A model generated the notes under the pieces. The model was given only the letters and a program-made list of their open reading frames with translations, made no database searches and had not been told where the DNA came from. 37,341 bases of DNA. Origin: a bacterium. Its GTDB lineage: Bacteria; Zhuqueibacterota; Zhuqueibacteria; Oceanimicrobiales; Oceanimicrobiaceae. The stretch spans positions 1 to 37,341 of the forward strand of contig JBHHXN010000035.1 in NCBI GenBank assembly GCA_046757025.1, read 5' to 3'. This document shows, one piece after another, positions 1 through 8,793 of this stretch; position 1 is the stretch's first letter, and every line of letters starts with the position of its first letter. The position numbers and the translations under genes were made by a program.

Positions 1-55
<55 letters not shown>

Positions 56-67
56 ATAACGGTTTCT

Positions 68-96
68 ATTATACAAAATATTTATTCGAAAGTCAA
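68..96 (-). promoter_or_regulatory. Sigma-70-type promoter of the tRNA
   Basis: TTGACT (96-91), 17 nt spacer, TATAAT (73-68) on the minus strand, 12 nt upstream of the tRNA 5' end. Confidence 0.85.
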
Positions 97-240
97 GATT
101 TTTCTAAACCGTTTTCAGATGATTTTTGACCTTTCCTTGAAAAAAGTTAACCTAAAGTAAGATTGTAATCAGTCGATAATTACAACACAATCTTAATATT
201 CATTTCATTTTTATAATTATTCAAATATTGAGGTGGTATC

Positions 241-708
241 ATGAACAATATAATGGTCGTAGATGACGAAGAGCATATTGTGGAACTGATGTCCGATATG
301 TTAAACGGCTGGGGTTACCATACCATCACAGCGCGGGACGGTGAAGAAGCATTGGAAAAATTCCAGAAAACTCCCATCGATTTAGTGATTACCGACCTCA
401 AACTCCCAAAAATGAACGGCGTGGCTTTGCTGGATAAATTCAAAGATTTGAATCATAAAACCGAAGTCATTCTGTTCACCGGCTACCCCGAAGTCAATTC
501 GGCGGTGGACGCGCTCAAAAAAGGTGCTTTCGATTACTTGATCAAACCCATCGACCTTGCGGAGTTAAAGCTTAAAATCGAACGTGCGCTGGAAAAGAAA
601 AATATGGGGAAATCTATCCGGACGCTGCAGGGCATCAACTGGGCGATGATCATCTCCATCCCAATCTGGCTGACCATCGGCATTTACATTGCGAATTTGT
701 TAAAATAA
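241..708 (+). CDS. Response regulator receiver protein with C-terminal transmembrane helix
   Basis: VVDDE acidic pocket, ITDLKLP phospho-Asp and GAFDYLIKP motifs. Hydrophobic tail WAMIISIPIWLTIGIYIA. SD GAGGTGG upstream. Confidence 0.9.
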   Translation: MNNIMVVDDEEHIVELMSDMLNGWGYHTITARDGEEALEKFQKTPIDLVITDLKLPKMNGVALLDKFKDLNHKTEVILFTGYPEVNSAVDALKKGAFDYLIKPIDLAELKLKIERALEKKNMGKSIRTLQGINWAMIISIPIWLTIGIYIANLLK

Positions 709-772
709 GAGCCGGCGTCATTCCTAAAACGCCTTCCCCCCTGTCGCGGCCTTTCGGTACGTATCGCTAAAA

Positions 773-1423
773 TCAGAAGTAAGATACCACCCGCCGTTTT
801 GCAGGGAACAGATGGATCAAAACAATTCCGGCCACAAACCCACCCACGTGCGCCCAGAAGGCAACGCCGCCGCCCTGGTAGCCCAAAGAACCCACTCCCG
901 AAAAAAGTTGGATCAGAAACCAGAATCCCAGCACCAAAAACGCAGGGATTTTTCGCACGGTCAAAAAATAGATTATGGGAATGACCACCAGCACCCGCGC
1001 GCGCGGGTATTTAATCAAATACCCGCCCAGCACACCAGAGACCGCGCCGCTTGCACCCACCATGGGTACAGTTGAAAAACCACTGAAAAAGATATGCGTT
1101 GCTACCGCCGCGAATCCACACAAAAAATAAAAAACGATGAATTTTCCGTGTCCGAGATAGCCTTCCACATTGTCCGCAAAAATCCACATATAAAGCATAT
1201 TGCCAGCGAGGTGCATGAATCCTCCATGCAAAAACATGGAAGTGAAAATAGTCTCGAGGTTTTGTCCCTGCACGACCACACTCGGCCTCAGACCAAATCG
1301 ATTGATCACTCCTGCCAATCCAGTATTTAACTCGTAGAAAAAGACCAGCACGTTGATCACGATAAATGCAATCGTCACAAAGGGCGCGGCTAATCGGGGA
1401 TTGTCATCTTTTATGGGAATCAC
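773..1423 (-). CDS. Rhomboid family intramembrane serine protease
   Basis: SMFLHGGFMHLAGNM, catalytic GASG and AHVGG motifs, several TM helices. Confidence 0.95.
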   Translation of the reverse strand: MIPIKDDNPRLAAPFVTIAFIVINVLVFFYELNTGLAGVINRFGLRPSVVVQGQNLETIFTSMFLHGGFMHLAGNMLYMWIFADNVEGYLGHGKFIVFYFLCGFAAVATHIFFSGFSTVPMVGASGAVSGVLGGYLIKYPRARVLVVIPIIYFLTVRKIPAFLVLGFWFLIQLFSGVGSLGYQGGGVAFWAHVGGFVAGIVLIHLFPAKRRVVSYF

Positions 1424-1434
1424 TTTGACTTATC

Positions 1435-3843
1435 TTAATCGATCCAGAAAAAGGTTTTTCGAAAGGCGTCATTTTTTAAGCGATCTTGTGCCCAAACGGT
1501 TATTTCATGCCGCCCTTTTGCTAACGGTTGTTTCACCTGATAGAGCACCTGTCGGCGCTCGGGATCGTATTCCGCAATCAATCTCTGGCCATCCAAACGT
1601 ATGACCACATCTTTTTCGCTGGCGATTCCAGACAGTCGATCCTGCACATTCACCGAAATCATGGGAGTGGCAGATTTTAAGTGCGCATGGTGACCCGGAC
1701 GAATGTTGGTTATTTCGGGCGGCACCTCGTCGCGAACCAAGGCAAATTTTTCCAGACTAAACACTTTGGCGGTGACGGTCTGCTTCGCTTCATTCAGCTT
1801 GTTATCGATGAACACCCATTTGCCTTTGGCGGTTTTATAATAAACCCCTAATTTTTCCGGATGCAATTCTCTTTGATCATATCGCATGGTTATGGACGCA
1901 CCCTGATTCAAGGGTACGTCTTGCGGTTCGGCGTGGTAAACTCTTCCCACAATATCCGTGTTGCCGATGGCACCCAGACTGTCCACGGAAATGCGATTGT
2001 AAATGGGACGGTACAAAGAATTTTGGGAGAACGTGATCCAAAAATTGCGATCTTCTGAAAACAGCATTTTAGATTCATTCGGTTTGATGCGGCTGGCGGA
2101 GAATTGTTCCCAGTGAGTGAAAATTTCATCGGATAATGAGCGCGAAGTAATTTTCAAACTATTGACACTCTTTTTTAATTTGCGCAAATCAATTCTGGCT
2201 ACAAATTCTTTCAAATCGAGCTGCTTTAAACTGATCAAACTGGAATCCTGGCGACTGTGATACAAAACGATCTTTGGCGGCTCCAGAAGAATATTGCCGG
2301 AGTGTATCACGAGTCTTAAATAATCATCATAATAATCATAATCAAAGCTCAACTGCGGAGCTCCGGATCTCGCCTTCGGTTGGGATTCCACATAAAAATA
2401 AGGATTTGAGCTGGAATTAAATTGATCATAACCGATGATTTTCAAAATAAATGGCTTGCCTTGCGGCTTTTTCAGCATCAGCAAGGGCTCGATATCCTCG
2501 ACGTCTGGGTTGGTGCCGCTGCCACCTTTCTCCAAAAGCGTTTCCGGCTGCCGTGTCGATATCCATTTCACAGGTTGCCAGCGGTGATTTTTCAGAACGA
2601 ACGCATGTACTTCTTTTATTTTTCTCAAATCGTAGGTAAAAATATTTGTAACACTCACCATCTGGTTTTCACTTTCACGGATTTCAGGCTGAATATCAAA
2701 GGAATCCCCCACATGAAACGTCCCCTTGACGGTGCTGACGTTGCCGAAAAAATCCGACACCTCAATTCGGAATTGATGCTGACCCGGGAATAGCAAACCG
2801 GATTCAAACAGCTTTTTGGGTATCTGCTGGTCATCATACACTCGTGAAAGATAGGGCCTGGATTCTAACGTTGCACTCCGCAAAACACCGGCCCAGCTTT
2901 TATTGGGCGTGTAAATCGATCGAAAATTGTGACGGTCCTTATACAATTTATGAAAACGACCAAAAGAGCGGCGGTACAATCGGTAATCTCGTTCCAGCTC
3001 CACCATGCGATTTTCATTGAAGTTCATTTTATCATATTGGAACTGAAAATGAAGCTCATCATCCACAAACAATTTGAACTGGTACAAGCCGAAGCGATTG
3101 GAACCGTTGGTTTGTTTGTCGTAACAAGCGATGGCCAATCCCACATTTCCCCAGATCATGGGGATTGCCTGGATCTCGTATTCACCCGGAGCCAGCCATT
3201 TAGGCTGCAGAATCAGCGGTTTAAAATCACCGTTGATTTCTGAGTTGGCGTCCAACGGTGACATGCTCAAGCGGGTAACAATGGGGCTCACTTTATCCGG
3301 CAGTGTGTATCCTTTGGCTAACGGATTGGTTGGCCGGTTGCCGGCGTCGCGTATTTCAAAATGCAAATGCGGTGCGCCAATGCCGGTTTGGCCGGTGTGA
3401 GCGACGATTTCACCCTGGGCTACCGGCAGCTCGCCGGGTTTGAGATATTTGTTTATGCGGTACTGGCCGCGACGATTTTGCTCCCTCTCCACAATCTTTT
3501 GAATTTTATCGGAATATCTGGACAAATGGGCGAACACCGCAATTTCGCCGGTATCCAGTTTTAGATAGAGCGCTTTGCCGTAACCAAAAGGCGATACAGA
3601 AATGCGCCAAACGAAAGCCGGTCGAATGGCATAAACTTCGTAGCCAATCTTACCCCAGGTTTTGATGTCGATGCCGGCATGAAACCGTCGTCCGCGGTAT
3701 TCGGAAAACGCCGAAGTCAAATAGCTGCTAGCGTTGGTTGGCCAGAGGTAATTGGGCGTATCGGCTGCGATGGGCTGACCGAATAAAAGTGAATTTGTAC
3801 CAACCACACCGATTAACATGAATACTTTTAGCAAACGATTCAT
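1435..3843 (-). CDS. Secreted M23 family metallopeptidase with long C-terminal beta-rich extension
   Basis: Signal peptide. HAGID (HxxxD) and PHLHFE (HxH) zinc motifs in the first ~170 aa. Confidence 0.9.
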   Translation of the reverse strand: MNRLLKVFMLIGVVGTNSLLFGQPIAADTPNYLWPTNASSYLTSAFSEYRGRRFHAGIDIKTWGKIGYEVYAIRPAFVWRISVSPFGYGKALYLKLDTGEIAVFAHLSRYSDKIQKIVEREQNRRGQYRINKYLKPGELPVAQGEIVAHTGQTGIGAPHLHFEIRDAGNRPTNPLAKGYTLPDKVSPIVTRLSMSPLDANSEINGDFKPLILQPKWLAPGEYEIQAIPMIWGNVGLAIACYDKQTNGSNRFGLYQFKLFVDDELHFQFQYDKMNFNENRMVELERDYRLYRRSFGRFHKLYKDRHNFRSIYTPNKSWAGVLRSATLESRPYLSRVYDDQQIPKKLFESGLLFPGQHQFRIEVSDFFGNVSTVKGTFHVGDSFDIQPEIRESENQMVSVTNIFTYDLRKIKEVHAFVLKNHRWQPVKWISTRQPETLLEKGGSGTNPDVEDIEPLLMLKKPQGKPFILKIIGYDQFNSSSNPYFYVESQPKARSGAPQLSFDYDYYDDYLRLVIHSGNILLEPPKIVLYHSRQDSSLISLKQLDLKEFVARIDLRKLKKSVNSLKITSRSLSDEIFTHWEQFSASRIKPNESKMLFSEDRNFWITFSQNSLYRPIYNRISVDSLGAIGNTDIVGRVYHAEPQDVPLNQGASITMRYDQRELHPEKLGVYYKTAKGKWVFIDNKLNEAKQTVTAKVFSLEKFALVRDEVPPEITNIRPGHHAHLKSATPMISVNVQDRLSGIASEKDVVIRLDGQRLIAEYDPERRQVLYQVKQPLAKGRHEITVWAQDRLKNDAFRKTFFWID

Positions 3844-4595
3844 CTTTCTCCCCGAAGATATTCATTCAATAAATCTGAGCGATCAGTGATGATGCCATGC
3901 ACTCCCAACTGCAGGTAGCGCTGCATCATTTTAGGTTCGTTGACACTCCAAACCATCAAATAGTAGCCAGAATCTTTGATTTTCTGAATCAAGTTTTCTG
4001 TGGCCAGCCGCCATTCCAGATGAATAGCTCTAGCGCCGGCCAATTTAGAAAGCGAGATTTCCGAGTTGCGTACATTGAAGTTTTTGTCGATTAAATAACC
4101 TGACATGATCTTTTCATCGATCTTTTTGATTCTGCGCAGGACCAAGGGATTAAACGAGGAAATAATGGATTTGTACTCCAAAGCGTACGCTCGCAGGACA
4201 TCTACCACCTTTTGTTCGATGTGATCTTTGGGCAAGCCTTTGGTTTTTATTTCCACATTCAGAATCGTCTTTTCGCCCACCAGGTCCAGCACTTCTGCCA
4301 GAGTAGGAATTTGCTCGTCGAATTCACCATCCACGCCTTTGATGCGTAAGGCTTTTAACTCCGACAGTGTTTTGCTTTTCACAAATCCGCGACCGTTGGT
4401 GAGCCGGGTTACGGTGGGATCATGAATCACCACCACCTCACCGGTTTTACAGGTGCGCACATCCAATTCGATGCCATCCACGCCGAGCTCCAGTGCCGCC
4501 TGGAAAGCCGAAAGGGTATTTTCCACCGCTCGTTCCGTAAATCCGCGGTGAGCGAAGTTTAAAGTTTTGTTGCCAAAAATTTTTCTTGGATCCAT
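3840..4595 (-). CDS. Glycerophosphodiester phosphodiesterase family protein
   Basis: AHRG, ENT, IELDV, IHD and GIITD motifs. Its stop overlaps the M23 start (ATGA). Confidence 0.93.
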   Translation of the reverse strand: MDPRKIFGNKTLNFAHRGFTERAVENTLSAFQAALELGVDGIELDVRTCKTGEVVVIHDPTVTRLTNGRGFVKSKTLSELKALRIKGVDGEFDEQIPTLAEVLDLVGEKTILNVEIKTKGLPKDHIEQKVVDVLRAYALEYKSIISSFNPLVLRRIKKIDEKIMSGYLIDKNFNVRNSEISLSKLAGARAIHLEWRLATENLIQKIKDSGYYLMVWSVNEPKMMQRYLQLGVHGIITDRSDLLNEYLRGER

Positions 4596-4715
4596 TAATT
4601 TAATTTAGAAGAGGTCGAGTAGAGGTACACTAAAATGTCACCCTGAATCCCTATTTAATTAATCATTTATTTTTTAATATTCAACCTAAATCTCAAAAAA
4701 GATATTTCAAGACTT

Positions 4716-5990
4716 CTACTTTAAAAGTGCGGCCAATTTTTCGGTCAGGGCCTTTCTTTCGAAAACGGAAATGTCCGACTCAGCGACATCCGCTGAAGTG
4801 CGGTTGTAAAATTCATTAAAATGTGTAAGAATCACATTTTGAATGGCGTCCGTGTCGGCATGATCAACCCGTTCCACAGAACTGTGCGCACGCAAAATTT
4901 CAACGCCCTCCACCGCTGGCCCCAAAGCCAAAACGGGTTTTCGCGCAGCCAAATATTCGAAGGTTTTGCCAGGAATAAAATTTTGAGTGGCCCGGGGCGC
5001 GATTGGGTACAATAATAAATCGGCATACAGAATCGTTTCTAAAGCCATCAGATGGCTGACATACCCCCGCTGCTGCACCACATCCTGCAATCTGAACTGA
5101 TGAACTTGGCTGGTGACTTTGCCTTCTAAATCCAAACCCACCAGCTCCAGCACCATTTTTCCCCGCAAGTCAGGCTGGGATTTCAGGAGCCGGTGCAAGC
5201 TGTTAACAAGGCTCGTGAGCGGTGCCATGGCAGAAACGCTGCCGCAATAAGTCATGGTAAATTTATCCTTAGCCGCGGGTGATTTGATTTTGAGCAAATC
5301 CTCCTGATCGTATCCGTTAGTGATGAGATGAAATTTCGATTCAACCTCCAAATTCAATTGCGCCAGTTTTTGCACCAGTCCGGCCGAAACGCCGATCACC
5401 GCATCCGCAGTTTGAATCACCTTCTGCTCTAATTTTCGATTCAGCCAGCGATGCAGCCGGGCAGGCTCTATCTGGAAATCCCCCTGCGACCAGCCGTCAC
5501 GAAAATCTGCCACCCAGCGGATGCCGGTGAGCTTTTTGAGCAGCCAGCCAGTTAGATGGGTAGAATGCGGCGGTGATGTGGTTAAAAGACACTCCACTTT
5601 GCGTTGCCGAATGATTCTGAAAGCACGAACAAATGCAAACGGCAGCCACAACACTTTCAAGTCGGGAATGAAAACCCAGCCGGCAATTTTGTTGAGCACA
5701 CGCCACCGTTTGTGGCTCGAGGCATCGGGAGTGGTCGTTACGGCAGGTTTATTTCGAGCAAAGCACGCCAGCAGACGCTGCGGGTCCAGCGAACCGGTGC
5801 GGAAAACCTCTGCCGCCGTCACATCCTCCAGAAGAGTGGTATCTTTGGCATAATAAGCGACGTCCTTCACCGTCACCACCAACGGACGCCACCCGAATTG
5901 CGGCAGATATTTCACAAATTTGGCTACGCGCTGCGTTCCACCCATTCCGAGCGGGGGAAAATAGTAAGCCAGGATCAAAACCGTGTTCAC
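4716..5990 (-). CDS. Glycosyltransferase family 4 (GT-B)
   Basis: AYYFPPLGMGG, TTSPPHS, DFRDGW, ITNGYD and PGKTFEYLAA motifs. GTG start overlaps the stop of the upstream gene. Confidence 0.92.
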   Translation of the reverse strand: MNTVLILAYYFPPLGMGGTQRVAKFVKYLPQFGWRPLVVTVKDVAYYAKDTTLLEDVTAAEVFRTGSLDPQRLLACFARNKPAVTTTPDASSHKRWRVLNKIAGWVFIPDLKVLWLPFAFVRAFRIIRQRKVECLLTTSPPHSTHLTGWLLKKLTGIRWVADFRDGWSQGDFQIEPARLHRWLNRKLEQKVIQTADAVIGVSAGLVQKLAQLNLEVESKFHLITNGYDQEDLLKIKSPAAKDKFTMTYCGSVSAMAPLTSLVNSLHRLLKSQPDLRGKMVLELVGLDLEGKVTSQVHQFRLQDVVQQRGYVSHLMALETILYADLLLYPIAPRATQNFIPGKTFEYLAARKPVLALGPAVEGVEILRAHSSVERVDHADTDAIQNVILTHFNEFYNRTSADVAESDISVFERKALTEKLAALLK

Positions 5991-6889
5991 TATTTCAACC
6001 TGATTTTTTCTGCGATTTTACCCAGCAACCATCGTATTCGCGATGCTGGATTTCTTAAATAGTTATGCCATTTTCTTGCCAGGTCCCGAAAAAAAACGTC
6101 GCCGGTCAAATCGGCCAGAATACGCAGCAAGCGTACGTGTACCTGCAAATACATGGGGGACGCCAGCCGCCGGCGTAGCGGATAAAGATCGTACCAATTC
6201 CAGTAGCCGGTATCGTATCTTTCGATATTCTTTTTCAGGCCGGCAACCGCAACCTGAAACAGCTCGTCTGCCGCTTTCTCCTGCCAGAATTGCGCGTAAT
6301 CGTGAATACCCAGTAGAGCAAAAATGTGTCCGTTTAAAACCAGCGACGGTGGATCGGTGGGAAATTCTTCAAATATCAACGAGCCGTCTGGAAAATGCGT
6401 CACTACCCCGCCCTGGCTCACGGGCTGCAAAAAAGCCTGAAAGGCACGACGGGTCATTTTCAGAATGCCATCGTCCGGCCACAGTGTCTGCGAGCGCAGC
6501 AAAAGCGAAATCCCCTGTGCCTGTGCCATACCCGAAATCCAGGGTGCTTCGGGACCGTAAAATTTCAAATCGAAATCGAACACCCAGCCGTTGATTTCAT
6601 TGTTCCAGGGCTGGATATTTTCCCGCAGCCAGCGCACGCAAATTTGCACCTCTTTTTTATAATTCTCATTCCCATGAAGGGCAAATTTTTGCAAATTGAA
6701 CAACCCATACTGCGCGATGGTGATGGGATGATAAACCAGGCCGCGTTTTTGACCCATGGCAACCATAGGAACGCCCTGGCCGTCCCGGCGGTAGTCGAAA
6801 GTTTCTAACCCCTGCCAATCAAATGGGTAAACCAGAGAAAGCGGCTGAGCAGCGATGTTTTTTTGTGGGTAGTTTTCAGCTTCAACCAT
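5990..6889 (-). CDS. D-glucuronyl C5-epimerase family protein (C-terminal catalytic domain)
   Basis: PITIAQYGL, WISGMAQAQGISLL, FEEFPTDPPSLVLNGHIFALLG and YDTGYWNWYDL segments resemble the heparan sulfate C5-epimerase C-terminal domain. Confidence 0.88.
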   Translation of the reverse strand: MVEAENYPQKNIAAQPLSLVYPFDWQGLETFDYRRDGQGVPMVAMGQKRGLVYHPITIAQYGLFNLQKFALHGNENYKKEVQICVRWLRENIQPWNNEINGWVFDFDLKFYGPEAPWISGMAQAQGISLLLRSQTLWPDDGILKMTRRAFQAFLQPVSQGGVVTHFPDGSLIFEEFPTDPPSLVLNGHIFALLGIHDYAQFWQEKAADELFQVAVAGLKKNIERYDTGYWNWYDLYPLRRRLASPMYLQVHVRLLRILADLTGDVFFRDLARKWHNYLRNPASRIRWLLGKIAEKIRLK

Positions 6890-6963
6890 GGCAGTTTTAT
6901 TCTATTATCACGAAAAACTTTGTTTTTTTAACAAAGTTTTTGCACGTTGAACAAAAACAATTA

Positions 6964-7083
6964 GCACGGATTAAACCCGGTGTGTCGCGGAACCAGAAGG
7001 AACAAAAACATCAACAAACTTTTCCGTGAAAATTCCGTGTCTTTCTGTGGTAAAAATCTAGTTGTGGCTCCGCCGCGTTAGGG
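6964..7083. repeat. Intergenic REP-like composite repeat
   Basis: CACGGA-type left half, tandem TTCCGTG/TTCTGTG right half, and terminal TTGTGGCTCCGCCGCGTTAGGG, which recurs at 15470 and 23879. Confidence 0.6.
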
Positions 7084-8775
7084 TTTAAATTGGTAAATCC
7101 GGATGGTCGGACCCAGGTTCCAGAGTGAGGGGCGAAATGCCTGCAGCATGTGCGCTTCGTCGGACTCGAACATACTCTGGTAAAAACGCCGGCCGTTTTG
7201 ATAGCTCGCCCAAAGCAGCGTGCCTTTTTCCGGGGGTTGTCCTTCAAAATAGCGCCGGTAATTGTCGCTGGAAGCGATGAGATACGTGATGCCTGCTCTT
7301 TTAATGGTGCCGAGTTTTGGCAGGCGCATCTCCACTAATTGTCGAAAATACGCGTTTTTGGCAGATGAATTCTTAGGCGCATTTTTCAGCTTGAAATCTT
7401 TTCTGAGATTGATCAAATTATACGAAATCCGCAGGTGTTTCTCTTTGAGCAGTCGCTCTTTTAAAGCCAATGGTAGCATGGCGCTTTCCGCACTATTTTT
7501 GACAAACCGTCCCGGATCGAAAAGATTGGGACCGTAAACATAATTTTCATAGCCGATGACGCTGCCCTCTTGAATATGGGTCTCTATCCACTCTTTCGCA
7601 AAAGTGCGAGTATCTTTTTGTGTTAAACGCAAATCCTGGTAGGCTATTTTAATCATCGGCGGCAGAAACAGCAGCCCGAATAACGCATATCGAACACTTC
7701 TCTTCGAAATATGGTGCAAAATATCCTTTAAAAAAATGGCTGCCAGCAGAGCCAGGGCCGGAAATACCGGCAGCAGGTAATGAACGCCGGTTCGCTGCCA
7801 GGTTCCGATCAAAAGCAGCGTTGGCAAAACGAATAACAGCAATAAAATTTTAATTTTATCCCGCTGAAATAAAGTATAAATGAAGCCCGCAACCATCAAA
7901 ACCCCGATGGTCCAATCCTGATAGATGAGCTCCCAAAGCGGCCAGATTACCGGCAAGCTGCTAATATGCCCAACCATGCCCGTGCTGACATGTGACAGCG
8001 TGTAACTGAATGCCTGCCAGTATTTCGAAAATGAGAGCAGCCAGTATGGCGAAGCCAATAAAAATCCGAACAGTAACGCAGAAACACCCAGTGCAAAATG
8101 CAAAAAGGCTTTCACGGGCTGTTTTTTGTAGATCCAAAAAATCGCCACAGTAAATGGCAGAAAAATAAAGCCGGCATTGTATTTGGTTGACACCGCCAGG
8201 CCGGCCACAACACTTGTGAGAAGGTTACGTTTTAAGTCAGGAGCTTGAATATATTGCAGCAACAAAAATAAAGCCCAGGCAGTAAACAGGCTGACAGCCG
8301 GTTCCACCAGTATCCAGTGCGAGAGATCGCTATGGGTGAAACTCAAAGTCAAAATAATCGCCGCCAACAAACCGGTTCTGCCGGAGAAAAAGCGCTGCCC
8401 GATTTTAAAAACCAGATAGATGGTCATCACAGCCATCAGCACACTCAGGAATCGACCGATTAGAAATAAACCAGTTGGATTTAAAAAATAAGCCGCGCCA
8501 AAATCCAGCGCCGTTTGAAAAGCGCCAAAAAATTTACCAAGCACATAATAGACGCCATAGCCGGCCAGCAAAATATACGAGTAAAAGGCCGGATAGACAT
8601 AATAAGTTGGTTCCAGACTCTTTTTGGCGCCATAACTCAGGGCATTCACCACATTGAAGGGCTCATCGGAGTTGTAAAGAGCGGGCAGGCCGTACCAAAT
8701 GCCAAGCACTCGCATTGCAAATGCTGCAGCTAAAACAAACCACAAATATTTTTTAAAATCTTTGTTCAGGGTCAT
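7078..8775 (-). CDS. GT-C fold glycosyltransferase (GT39/ArnT/PMT-like membrane protein)
   Basis: DE motif (YNSDEP) after TM1, YPAFYSY, GRFLS, STKYNA, about 11-13 TM segments and a soluble C-terminal domain. Confidence 0.85.
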   Translation of the reverse strand: MTLNKDFKKYLWFVLAAAFAMRVLGIWYGLPALYNSDEPFNVVNALSYGAKKSLEPTYYVYPAFYSYILLAGYGVYYVLGKFFGAFQTALDFGAAYFLNPTGLFLIGRFLSVLMAVMTIYLVFKIGQRFFSGRTGLLAAIILTLSFTHSDLSHWILVEPAVSLFTAWALFLLLQYIQAPDLKRNLLTSVVAGLAVSTKYNAGFIFLPFTVAIFWIYKKQPVKAFLHFALGVSALLFGFLLASPYWLLSFSKYWQAFSYTLSHVSTGMVGHISSLPVIWPLWELIYQDWTIGVLMVAGFIYTLFQRDKIKILLLLFVLPTLLLIGTWQRTGVHYLLPVFPALALLAAIFLKDILHHISKRSVRYALFGLLFLPPMIKIAYQDLRLTQKDTRTFAKEWIETHIQEGSVIGYENYVYGPNLFDPGRFVKNSAESAMLPLALKERLLKEKHLRISYNLINLRKDFKLKNAPKNSSAKNAYFRQLVEMRLPKLGTIKRAGITYLIASSDNYRRYFEGQPPEKGTLLWASYQNGRRFYQSMFESDEAHMLQAFRPSLWNLGPTIRIYQFKP

Positions 8776-8793
8776 ATTAATAGAAACTTTGTT

